From Cycas panzhihuaensis (taxonomy: Eukaryota; Plantae; Cycadophyta), in the NCBI GenBank assembly GCA_023213395.1, contig CM041465.1, positions 222,959,741 through 223,023,740 on the forward strand: a DNA stretch of 64,000 nt, written 5' to 3'. The notes under the pieces are model-generated. The model worked only from the letters and a program-made list of their open reading frames with translations, was not told the DNA's origin and did no database searches. This document shows, one piece after another, positions 25,888 through 37,390 of the stretch (position 1 is its first letter; each line of letters begins with the position of its first letter). Both the position numbers and the translations under genes were made by a program.

Positions 25888-27818
25888 TGTGTGCTCATGT
25901 AAGGTGAAGGGGCAACGATGCCAAATGTGTGCTATCTCCTTGTCTTCAACATAACTCAAGCAAGAAGGGAACACATAGGAGAATAACAATCATATTACAA
26001 ATACAACATGCTTATATTACCGACATGGAAGCATGAGTATAGTACACAATAGATTGAGGCAAACCTTACTTTATTACTAAGAAGGGAACTGCACTAAACC
26101 AAGAAGGGTCTCGTGCAAGCCTAAACTACAATAATTGAAGTACCCTCAACCCAATATGCAATAAGAGATACAATGGAAGAAGGGAGGGAAAACCTAATGC
26201 ACTCTCATGTCCCACCATATGCATCCAATGTTCTTTTATAGTCTTCTCCCTCCTATTCCATTACCTTGCAATATTTTTCTTGAACCTGAGGATTCTGGTC
26301 CTTCCTGCCTAGTTGTGTTAAATTCTCCCTCACTCCTTCCTTGCCTTAAGACTGCACTTTTTGGGCTCTCTTCCAAAATTGATGAACTTGAAAATTTGCC
26401 AGTCATTCTATACAAAGGATTTAGTACATGAGAATGGGATTCTTTTACCTCCACAATGTAACAGTCCCACCCTGCTATGGTGGTACTATATACTTCCAAG
26501 TTGATTGACTTTCCTTCTTCTGTGGCAATCTGATCTTCTTTAAATCTTTGCAAATTTTCTTCAGAACTCAGAGCTTCTTTATGATTTCCTCCCAGTTCCA
26601 GCAATTTATCCTTCTGATTTTCTTCAGAAGTCAGAACTTCTTGCTGATTTTCTTCAAGATTCAACAAATTGTTTATCTGATTCTCTTCAGAATTCAGCAG
26701 TTCCTCCTAATTTTCTTCAAGACTCCATAAATCCTTTTTCTAATTTATTTCTGTAATTTGCAAACTTTTCTTCCTTGTCTGTTTGTCTTTAGAATCTTGC
26801 AGGTCTTTCTGCCTTGCCTGTTTTGGCTCTTCTTCTTCTTCAAGAATCTGACATTCCTTGTTTCCTGTTTTCTTTTTTTCTTTAGGTTGTTGCTTGTCCT
26901 CTTGGGCCTCCTCACTTCTACTACGTCCTATGTGTGCAACTGGGGTCTGGCTTTCTTCCTGCTGCCCTTTCCAATTTCTTTTCTGCACCGGTTTTCTTTC
27001 TACTGGCTCCCTGGGTCTGTGGGTGCCTTCTTGGCTTTTCTCTACTCCGCAGCGTTGGCTTCTCTCTTGCCTTGATTCAACTTTCCTCAGCGAGTTAACC
27101 CTAGGTGGCATGGACAACTTTTGTTCTCAACGATGTCTCATCTTTCTTTGGCTAGGATACCGGCAACGGAACCAAGATGTGCGCCTCTCTTTGTGTAACT
27201 AACTAATATGCAAGAATTCATCACAAAAGAAGAGACACAAATGGGTGGGAACATCATTAACCAACTTCATTCATGGAATAAAGGGCACTGTGTTTGGTCC
27301 TCTCACAACCAGACACAGGCTTGGGTAATTACAACTTGGGACAGCTCGTCACACAGTGGTCAAATCTCCGCCCAGATTTCTATGTACATACATGTGCGTG
27401 CTTATCCTTTCCTATTCTCTCTTATATACGGTTAATACATAGTTACATAACTGATTTTTCAGTTTATGTTTTGTCCTTTCATTAACTAATGCTGCCCGCT
27501 GCCCAACTCTGCCCAAGCCGCCCTTCGGTCTACCCAGGTTGCACTTTAGTCTGCCATCCTCACTGGTTGCTGTAGTAGTCCTCATTGGTTGCGACTCTGA
27601 TCCTCACTTTGGTTCTTTAGATCCTCATTAGTTCTTGGCAGTAGTCTTCATTGGTTGCACTTCACCTTTAACTAATATTACCTCAAAATGGATGTTTAGG
27701 CCACACAAAGCACCTTTGGTCGCACTTGGTACAAGCTAATTTTGCCATTGGTCACACTTGGTTGTACCTAGAATTGCCCTTAATTCTTTAAAATTTGCAT
27801 GCATTTTTCTTCCACACA
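25888..27818 (-). repeat. 3' LTR (long form) of the Athila-like element
   Basis: 25888-26252 aligns with 30474-30838; 27710-27818 aligns with 31030-31079 plus 36862-36915; TATAAAA on the minus strand ~26234-26240. Confidence 0.85.
26236..27117 (-). pseudogene. Charged, repetitive ORF (~290 codons, two internal stops) within U3 of the 3' LTR; function unknown
   Basis: ORFs 27117-26740 and 26667-26236 are in the same frame; LxxxEENQ repeats at ~26560-26730. Confidence 0.5.
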
Positions 27819-29209
27819 CCTCTTCCGCCACTAGTTAATGAATGACCTCATTCGTTCCAAAATTTCAAAATTTTTTCAAATCCTTTATCCCCCCCAAAAT
27901 TTTGAAATCAACAATATTGTGATACATAGGTGACCTTGTTTTTTCAACAAGCCTTATCATAATGATATCTGAGCTTGACTATGATCTACTGAGACAACTT
28001 TTGATGGTGTACTTCACCCCCTAGGTCATTTATCTCCTATTGATGTACCCTATTTTTAAATGTTTCGTGGAGTCGCTCCTTTTCGCTTCTCTTATTCTGC
28101 CTATTTTGCTACACTATCTTTTGTGGAGTCGCCTCTTTCCGCTTCTATGTTTTGCAGAATCACCTCTTTTTACTTTTTTATTTACTCAACTACTTCATTG
28201 GGTCCCTTGTACATACCATCTGTTACACAATAGAACAACCATAGCATAATTGACAACATCATCATCATATAAAAGACTGAATAAACCATGGTCACATTGA
28301 ATAGACTTCCACACTTTCCATAATGAGGATGGAGTCTATATGAGGTCACAAACATCAGCCAGAATGCATGGGTAACCAACCGTTGCGTCTGCCAATTGCT
28401 AGAATGTCCCTTAGATACATAGTTCATCATCCTGTCAACCTAGAGTCCATATAAGACACGATCATCCACCGGAGCCCATAGGTACCCAACAAATGAGCCC
28501 ATTGGTTGATAGGACGTCCCTTGTATGCCTGATTCATCAACAATGACTAAAAACTCAATCTTGGGGTCATAGTGTTGCAGAATAAACTTGTTGTTGCTAG
28601 AAGCTTATGCAATCATTGGTATTGGAAGTTATTACTATACTTGTTGTTACCATTAGAATTCTATTGTGGAAAAAAAAAAACCTCAAAAAATCTAAGAGAA
28701 AAAAAACTTGCCCATAGTTGCCTCATATACTTGTAACATGGAAGTACATTCCCCTTTTGTCCAATACCTTTTGCCATCTGCAATCACTATATACTACATT
28801 ATAAATCGATATTGGATAATTACAATAATTTTGATGTGTGTTCGGATCACACATTAACCTGACTCGACATTTGGCCCATTCATGACTAGGTGTAAAAAAA
28901 CATCAGGTGTTTGACTAGCCAAGCCTATACCTAGAAACAACATTCAACTAGCCATGTACAATAAAAGTGCCAAGTCATATCCCAATAGATGCCTAAAAAA
29001 GGAAAAGCATAAGTATGTCATATTGATCAAATACTATAGCATACTTAAATCACTTCCCAGGTTGCCATTAATCTAATGTCTAGTCCTAATTCCAGATTCT
29101 TTAATGACGAACCACATAAAAAGAACTAAAATAATTGAGGCATCTAGAAAGCTTCATGTCTTCTTGGTAAGCAAACTGAAATTCTAGCATTGTCTGCAAG
29201 AATTCTAAG

Positions 29210-29545
29210 TATTATTTGTTGAAATTTTGTTATAGTTTCGAGCATTATTTGTTGAAATTCTGCTAAATATTATCTGTTGAAATTTGCTATAGTTTTGAGC
29301 ATTATCTACTAAAATTTTGCTGAATATTATTTGCTAAAATCTGTTATAATTTTGACCATTATTTTTTGAAATTCTGTTGAATATTATTTGCTGAAATCTA
29401 CTACAATTTCAAGCATTATCAGCTAAAAATCTGTTGAATATTATCTACTGAAATCTGCTACAATTCCAGGCATTATCTGTTGAAAATCTATTGAATATTA
29501 TCTGCTAAAATTCTACAATTCTGAATATTATTTGCTGAAATTTTG
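29210..29545. repeat. Tandem repeat with a ~57-bp dimeric unit (32 + 25 nt) and core attatctgctgaaat, about 6 dimers
   Basis: Alternating attatctgctgaaatctgctacaattccgagc and attatctgctgaaattctgctgaat subunits visible directly. Confidence 0.9.
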
Positions 29546-30419
29546 AGTCTTGTCTGCAGTTGTCGTATCTCATGGACTACTTCTGGCTTATCATATTTGG
29601 GCTCTTCCTTCACCTTTTCCTCTTTGGTAGGCTCCTCACTAGTATTTTTGGACTCTCTAGCTTTAATGTTAGTAGGTTCTCTTGGGGATTCCTTCTTTGC
29701 ATCCCCCTTCTTCTCACCCACTTCTGCAGCCTAAGATTGAACTTCCATCTTTTCATCCTTATTCACAATTGCCTCCATCCACCTTTGTCTCAGCAACTTT
29801 CTTGATGTGGACAATGTAATTTCAGGGGGCTATGTTGCAGATTTACCCAAAATAGAAGTAGGTGTAATTGGGAGAACCAAACGTATGGTTGTAAAGAAAT
29901 TAGGAGCTAAACTAGGAGAAGGCAAATTACATCTGTTAATCTTGTCTTAAGGCCTCTTCTCAGATTCAACGTAGATAAAGTAAATCTTCTGAACTTTCAA
30001 AGCCTAAGTATGCTCAAGAAGGACCTTCTTCAAACTAATAGTCTCTTCCAACAGGGATTCTTTGTCCCTGTTGACAAACACCTTGCCTCTTTGGATTGTT
30101 GGGCTACCATATCAGATATTCAATGAAGAAGAAGAGTCACTATGAAATCCTCCCTGATTTGTTTTACTTGCAGTTTCCTAAAAATGGTATATATGCCATC
30201 CAATTGCTCGAAAAACCTTATTGAAGAGCAAGGCAATTATAACAAAGACATACCTGGTCTCTTGTATAAATGACAACATTTTTTTTCCAAGGATGCGTGC
30301 CTTCATGCGTCACCATTTGCATAATCCTCACTCATTGATGTGTTGCTGTTGTCATCGGGCCACATCAAAGAGTGTCATAAACGAAAATTTGGAAAAAAAC
30401 CTAATGATTCGAACCACTA

Positions 30420-30519
30420 CAATGACACCAAAATGTGTGCCTGAAGGCATGCTTGAAGGCAATAGTGCCAAAACGTGTGCTCATGTAAGGTGAAGGGGCA
30501 ATGGTGCCAAAATGTGTGC
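30420..30519 (-). promoter_or_regulatory. Three tandem LTR-end + tRNA-Asp PBS units
   Basis: Minus strand gcacaca-ttttggcaccattgcc, gcacacg-ttttggcactattgcc, gcacaca-ttttggtgtcattg; period 39-40 nt. Compare the Athila PBS TGGCGCCGTTGCC. Confidence 0.75.
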
Positions 30520-31079
30520 TATCTCCTTGTTTTGAATAGAACTCAAGCAAGAAGAGAACACACAAGACAATAACAATCATATTACGAAGATAACATGCTT
30601 ATCTTACCAACATGGAAGCAAAGTACAATACATAATAGATTGAGGCAAACCTAACTTTATTACCAAGAAGGGGATTGCACCAACCCAAGAAGGGCCGGGC
30701 GCAGGACCAGACTACAATAATTGAAGAACCCTCAATCCAATATGCAATGAGAGATACCATGGAAGAAGGAAGAGAAAACCTAATGCACTCTCATGTCCCA
30801 CCATATGCATCCAATGTTCTTTTATAGTCTTCCCCCCTAACAATTTCCCAACTAACTTCCAACTAATTCCCAACTAACTTCCAACTAAGTCCTAACTAAC
30901 TTCCAACTAACAATTTGTTAACATTTACAATAATTACATTAGCCGTTATAATTACAATCTAGGGTCCTGGTCATACTCCAATTGTGACCTGGTTGCACCT
31001 TTGGTCATACTTGGTTGCACTTGGTCGTACCTAGTCATACTTGGTACAACCTAATTCTGCCATTGGTCGCACTTGGTTG
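30474..31079 (-). repeat. 5' LTR (short form) of the Athila-like element, split by copia G; remainder at 36862-36915
   Basis: Direct repeat of 25888-26252; contains about six 11-bp ttccaactaac units (30845-30911) and 10-bp ttggtcgcac repeats. Confidence 0.85.
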
Positions 31080-31319
31080 TATTAGAATATAATGTCATCT
31101 CCCAGTTGTATTAGTACATGTAACATTACATTAGACACTGCAACTTAATGTTAGCCATTGTAGCTTTATGTTAGGTTAACTGACATTAAATGTTATTCCC
31201 TAACCCTAACCCTATCTATGTTAGTGACTCTCTGTATAAATATGGACAAGCTCTCATTCTAATGCAATTGATCATTTTCACTCATTCTCTCCTTTCACTG
31301 TGAGTTCTCTAAATCAACA
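31080..31319 (+). repeat. 5' LTR of copia G
   Basis: Direct repeat of 36616-36856; followed by the PBS. Confidence 0.96.
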
Positions 31320-32026
31320 TGGTATCAGAGTTGAGTTTGCTCTGAAGTTAGTCTGCTCTTGAAGGCCTTCTGTATGACTGTACGGCCAAGTCTGTACAAC
31401 TGTACAATTATTTTTTCCCCCCCTTAAATTCTCACAAAATTTTACCTGCAAGGACGTCTCAACCTTCTCTTCATTTTTCTCTAAAGGTGAAACTCCAAAT
31501 TCTGTCATTTTTTAGCCCAAATCAGGCCCGCAATTTGTACGACCACCATTCTGCATTTTCGCTCATTTCTTCGCATATGAACCAAAATACCTGGCAAATT
31601 TGGTATCATCAGAAAGGTCTTCGAACCAACTTTCCAATGATATATGATCCGGGCATCATCTCTATTGAATTTGAAAAATATGAGCAAAAGTTCATAAAAA
31701 CCCTAGTCGCCTAACTGAGTTTTGAAGGGGTTTTTCTCTGCGTTGCAACTCCAATCAATAAATCGAGACTAGATCTAGAAAGAGCACATCAAGACCTTTC
31801 ATTTGAGACCACTTTCGCTCAAATCAGAGAACTTTGATTTTTTGGCCTTCACAGTAAGTCCATACGGCCATTCGTACATCTGACCGTACAATGATACTTC
31901 TCTTAGCTTGAAAAAAATTTCTATTATTTGAATCTTACTCAATATTAAGTTTCTTTTTCACATTATGAGTCTGCTATTTGTTTTGCTCCATGATTAGTGC
32001 TCCAACTTTGTCTATACATTCCACGA

Positions 32027-32417
32027 GTAGATAACTGTGCCTGGCACCTACACGTCTCTAGCCTTAAAGACCCTATTCCAAGGGTCTATAATAATTGCAA
32101 TGGATCTGTCGTTTTTGGCTAAGCATGTTGGCGGTTTGAAACCAATGTGTGAAGTGAGGGGAACTTAAAGGACCTAATACCCAGGCCTCAGACAGAACCC
32201 GCTCACTTATTTGAGCCTCCATGTTATAAAAGGCATATCAGAGGACCCCATAGGATCCACAAACCAATCCTAGAATAGGAAGTCCAGACCTACGGTCGAA
32301 AACTTGTAGTGCAGTGGTTAGTGGTTAGTGCCATGAAGCTACTTGTCCTAAATCTCACCTAGAGATTTATTGACAGGACTACAAGTCTAGGTAATCCCAC
32401 GTTTAGCACTAGTAGAA
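32027..32417 (+). promoter_or_regulatory. Conserved non-coding 5' leader module, putative structured RNA (Copia copy), directly before gag ATG 32431
   Basis: Colinear homology with 1053-1434; local stems gaccct/agggtc and gacc/ggtc. Confidence 0.75.
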
Positions 32418-32430
32418 TCAATCCTTCCCC

Positions 32431-35400
32431 ATGGCTTCTACCCTTTGGCTTACAGACTTTGAGAAATTGATTGGTGATAATTATGAATCTTAGAGAACCA
32501 AAATGAGATCCATCCTCACTACTATAGGAGTATGGGATCAGACAGAAGTTGTCAAACAAGAACCTATTAATCCTGGAGGAAAAAGAATCTTTCTAGAACA
32601 AAGAGGTCTTGCTCTTGTTGCCATCACTCTGTCAGTTACAGATTCAATTTTACCACATATTACCAGTGCTACTTCACCTCATGACACCTGGACAACTCTT
32701 CAAACCTTATATGCTCAAAACAACAATGCTCGTATCATGTCCCTCAAGAACCAGATGGTTATGCTCAAGATGACTGAATCCAAGAGTGTCACCTCCTTCT
32801 TGGCTCACTTCAAACGTATCCAAGAAAATCTCATCTCTGTCAGAATCACCTATACTGATGGTGAACTCATTGATCTGATGCTCAACAAGTTGCCTTCTAG
32901 ATTCAAACCATTCATTACCTCATACTTGATGATAACTGACATAGCACAACCAACTTGTGATGCCTTCTGTGGTCGCCTCCTTCATTATGAGCAAATTGTA
33001 GTCAACATGGAAGGAGACCTTGAGAATGCCTTCTCCACCTAGGTCAGTCTTTGCGGAAGAAACACCACCAATCGAGGGACCTTTAATTCAAACAGAGACT
33101 CAGGTAGATCTGCAAATCAAGGAAGACGTTGTCCCACTAGCTTCAGTCCCATCAGGGGACGATCCTCCTTCAGAGAACCTTTGCAACAATACTTTGGGGT
33201 TAGAAGTCAAGAACAAAATCATATGCTTCTACTGTGGAAAAATTGGTCACTTTGCCATCAACTACCACCATAGAAAAGTTGACATAGAAAGAGGGATCAT
33301 TGCATCTAGCAGCTACTTAAGATAGTTGGGAACTAAGGAGATATCCAGACTAAGAGAGGAAGAAGAGAAAACTACGTTCATGACTGCTCTCTCATCTGCA
33401 TTGGGTAGCCAAAGCAAGGATGATTGGTTCATTGACTTTGGAGCATTGGGGCACATGACTCACAAAAGATCCTAGTTCAACAAACTAAAACCTCTCACAA
33501 CCCCCGGGCTACTGGAACTAGGAGATGATACTAGGCATAACATTCAAGGGACAAGTTCAATACCAGTTATCCTACCCAACGAGAATCTTGAGAAAGTTGG
33601 GCAAGTTTTGTATTTACCTGGGATGACTAAGAATCTTCTCTTAGTATCCCAGCTTACTGATAATAAACTCCAAGTTCTTTTTGATGGGGACAAATGCATA
33701 ATCTTTAATAAATACAAAAACAACAAAGTGATTGGTGAAGGCCTCAAAACTAAAGGATTATACAAATTTCTGGCCTTACCAACTCATTTAGCTCCGAATG
33801 TATCTCTTCCTTTTGATAATGAAAAACTTTGGCACTTGCAGTATGGGCACTCTCTTATGATGCTTTATCGAATTTAAGCAAATATGACATGGTAAATGGA
33901 TTGCCTTGGATTAAAAAAACTAGCACTATTTGTGATGTATGCATGTTGGGACAAGCACAATATGAGCCAGACACAAACTTTAAGTGATACACAATGATCT
34001 ATGTGGACCCTTCACTCTGCCTTCTATTCATGGAGCTTGGTACTTCCTCACATTTATAGACGACTACTCCAAAAAAGTATGGGTTTACTTTCTCAAATTA
34101 AAATCCGATGTGCTAAGTGTATTTCAAAACTTTAAAGCCAAAGTTGAAAATGAAAGCGACTGTCGCATTAAATGCCTAAGGATTGAAAATGGAGGAGAAT
34201 TTACTTTCAGTGAATTCAATAAATTTTGCAAGAAACATGGAATTCAAAGACAATTGACCACTCCATATACCCCTCAATCTAATGGAGTGGCTGAAAGAAA
34301 GAACATAACTATAACATAGATGACTTGGTCCCTCTTAAAAGAGAAGAAAGTCCCCAACAAATATTGGGCAGAAGCTACAAATACTGTCGTGCATCTTCTT
34401 AATAGAAGCCCTTCTAAGGCCCTAGAAAATGTGACTCCAGAAGAAGTTTGGTTTGGTAACAAACCTGATGTGTCACACCTTCGAATCTTTGGGTCTACTG
34501 TATACATGCACATCCCTGTTGAAAAGCGAAAGAAATTGGATGACAAGAGCAAGAGATGCATTTTGATAGCCTATAGTGAAGTTTCCAAAGCCTATAGATG
34601 TCTAGATCCATTGATTGACAAGGGATATCCAAGCAGAGATGTCTACTTTGATGAGGCATCAGATTCCTCCAAAGAGAACATCACTTTCAATGATCATGTA
34701 ACCTTTGACCTACCATTCTTGGAGAAGCAACATGCAGAACCTACATCATCCATTAGGGTAGAACACTCCATCTAAAAAATCAGCATGAAACATTGATTCA
34801 GAGTGATGGTGGGTCCACTTCCTCCTCTTCAATTTCAAGTAATCAAGAGAATCAATTATCAACCCAACCAGAAAGGGTCCCTAAATGGTATTTCAAAACA
34901 GTGGAAGAATTTAGGATTGAGCCTAGGAATCTACCAAAAGGAAGAGTTGACATCATGCCTCAATAAACACAAGAGGATCCCAGCTGGAAGCTAGCAATGG
35001 ATGAAGAAATGACCTCCATAATTAAGAACAAAACTTGGGACTTGGTGACATTGCTGTCGGACAAACCCATTGTGGGATGCCAATGGCTTTACAAGATCAC
35101 AGAAAAAGTTGATGGCAACATTGAAAAATATAAAGCTCGTCTTGTAGCCAAAGGATTCACTCAAACACAAGGAGGTGATTGCGATGAGACTTTTGCCTTG
35201 GTTAGCAAAATGACAACCATTAGAACTGTATTGGCTCTTGCAACTCAACACAATTGGCCTGTCTACCAAATGGATGTCAAAGGAGCTTTTTAAAATGACA
35301 ACCTGCATGAGGAAGTATGCATGCAACAATCACCAGGATATGTTGAACCCGAATAAGAGCACCTCGTGTGTAAACTCAATAAGGCCCTGTATGGTCTGAA

Positions 35401-36602
35401 ATAGGCACCCAGATCCTTGTACTAAAAAATTGATACATATCTTAGGAATGCAGGAATGTGAAGATGTGAATTATGGTCTGAAATAGGCACCCAGATCCTT
35501 GTACTCAAAAATTGATACATATCTCAGGAATGCAAGAATGTTAAGGTGTGAATTAGACCATAGTCTTTATTTTTGGATCAATGAAGACAGGTTGTTCTCA
35601 ATCCTAATAGTGTATGTGGATGATCTAATAATAATGATGTTGACTCTGATTGGATCAACTCTCTGTGTCGTTAGTTGTCCAAAGAGTTTGAAATGACAGA
35701 CCTAGACCAATTACACTACTACTTAGGAATTGAAATCCATCATTAAGACAATGGAATTTTTATACCCTAATCCAAATATGCTGCAAGAATCCTAGATGAA
35801 TTTAACATGACAAACTACAAGGTAGCTCCTGGATGAATTTAACATGACAAACTACAAGGCAACTCCAACACCTATGTGTACCAGCACAAAGCTAACATTT
35901 GATCAGAATGGTACACCAGTATATGCAACTCTGTACCGAAAATTGGTGGGCAATCTAATCTATCTCACGTCTACCAGGCTTGGGCTTGATATTGTTAATG
36001 CTGTGGGAATTGTGTCCAGATACATGTCATCACCCAAGGAATCACACTAGAAAGCTGCCAAACACATACTTCGATACATTTAGGAGACAAAGCATCGTGG
36101 AATTTTATATAATGAGAAGTTCTCTGGACTTCTATCTAGTCATTCTAACTCTGATTGGGCAAGAAATCCAGATAGTAGAAAATCCACAACTAGATATTGC
36201 TTTGATCTCGGTAACAGAGTTATTTCATGGAAAACAAGGAAGCAATCAACAATCTTATTGTCCACAATAAAGTCTGAGTATCAAGCTGCAGTTCATGCAA
36301 TCTGTGAAGCCATGTGGTTCAGAAGACTCTTGGAGGAGCTCAATCACCCACAACATAACCCAAGTCAGATCAACTGTGACAATCAAAGCATTATTCAGAT
36401 GACAAAAAATCTGGTCTTTCACGCTAGAACCAAGCACATCGAAGTACACCGTCACTTCATCCAAGGAAAAGTGGACAAAAAGGAAGTGGAACTAGAGTAC
36501 TACTCAAGTGGAGAGGAACTTGTAGATATATTCACCAAGCCTTTGGCCAAAGACAAGTTTCTGTATTTACGTGACAAGCCGGGAGTTACAACCGGGAGTT
36601 GA
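32431..36602 (+). pseudogene. Copia G gag-pol polyprotein, disrupted
   Basis: ORFs 32503-33042 (UBN2 gag), CFYCGKIGH, WFIDFGA, 33984-34775 (INT), 34997-36050 (RT, YVDD), 36258-36602 (RH). Confidence 0.95.
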
Positions 36603-36615
36603 CATTAAGAGGAAA

Positions 36616-36856
36616 TGTTAGAATATAATGTCATCTCCTAGTTGTATTAGTACATGTAACATTATATTAGACACTGTAACTTAATGTTAGTCATTGTAAC
36701 TTTATGTTAGGTTAATTGACATTAAATGTTAAGCCACTAACCCTAACCCTATTTATGTTAGTGACTATCTGTATAAATATGTACAAGCTCTCAGTGTAAT
36801 GCAATTGATCATTTTCACTCGTTCTCTCCTTTCACTGTGAGTTCTCTAAATCAGCA
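36616..36856 (+). repeat. 3' LTR of copia G
   Basis: tgttag...tcagca after the PPT. Confidence 0.96.
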
Positions 36857-36922
36857 AGTTGTACCCATAATTGCCCTTAATTCTTCAAAAATTGCATGCA
36901 TTTTACTTCCACACACAAAAAT

Positions 36923-37390
36923 GTATAGAAGAATGTGATCATAGACTGAGAGTGTGATTGTTACCAATACTATTTTGGCTTTCTCTTGAAAAATTTCTTC
37001 TTTTGGGTTAGCAGGAGAATTTTTAGTATCTACTAGAGGATTTTTCATTCCTTCCACAATAATCCAAACACCTTTTGCAATTATGATGCTTCTGATTTTG
37101 ATCTTCCATGTGTTGCAATTTTCTCCATGGAGCTTGTCCTGCTTAGGCAAGGAGTAGATGGCAACGATCGAATAATTGTTTTGACTCACAAACGATCTTA
37201 ATCCGTATGTATAGGATTAGGCCTTTAGTCTCCCAAGGAATGTACCAAACTTAAGTTCTATTTATTTATTTTCAACATTGATATGCTTAGGAAATGCTCA
37301 AAAAACAATTTAACACTAAGTAACTTTTTAGCCCCTTCAATGGCTTAGCCAAGATCATAGGTCATTTCTAATATGCCTTTGGCTATAAAC
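36923..37390 (-). pseudogene. Copia F gag N-terminus and leader remnant
   Basis: DKLHGENCNTWKIKIRSIIIAKGVW..TITLSVYDHILLY; joins in frame with 25887. Confidence 0.88.

Larger units (their letters stand above)
31080..36856 (+). mobile_element. Full-length degenerate Ty1/copia element G
   Basis: LTRs 31080-31319 and 36616-36856, PBS tggtatcagagt 31320-31331, PPT 36604-36615, TSD ggttg/agttg, gag-PR-INT-RT-RH order. Confidence 0.97.
25888..36917 (-). mobile_element. Non-autonomous Athila-like gypsy LTR element inserted in the gag of copia F
   Basis: Ends tgtgtg...cacaca. Flanks cagaaat (25881-25887) and caaaaat (36916-36922). Removing it restores F gag LLYISEISTSKEA. PPT ggcggaagagg at 27819-27829 (minus). 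tRNA-Asp-type PBS next to 30474. Internal part ~2.65 kb with no RT. Confidence 0.85.

Noticed and set aside
26548-27202. Hydrophobic plus-strand ORFs (26548-26730, 26758-27075, 26858-27202) as membrane proteins
   Set aside because: They are antisense shadows of a purine-rich Glu/Lys/Gln ORF.
28182-28600. Plant mobile domain-like relic in the Athila-like internal region (YLWAPVDDRVLYGL*VDRMM)
   Set aside because: The resemblance is too weak to call without an HMM search.
29210-29545. CRISPR-like repeat/spacer appearance
   Set aside because: The spacers are two recurring related types, not unique sequences. Eukaryotic TE context and no cas genes.
30420-30519. Mini-CRISPR array
   Set aside because: The repeat is explained as LTR terminus plus tRNA-Asp PBS; only three units and the spacers are too short.
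31198-31213. Telomeric array (ccctaaccctaaccct)
   Set aside because: Fewer than three units inside an LTR; at most a telo-box-like motif.
32306-32330. tRNA gene or SINE (gtagtgcagtggttag resembles an A box / D arm)
   Set aside because: No B box (GTTCRA) or cloverleaf downstream; it is part of the shared leader module.
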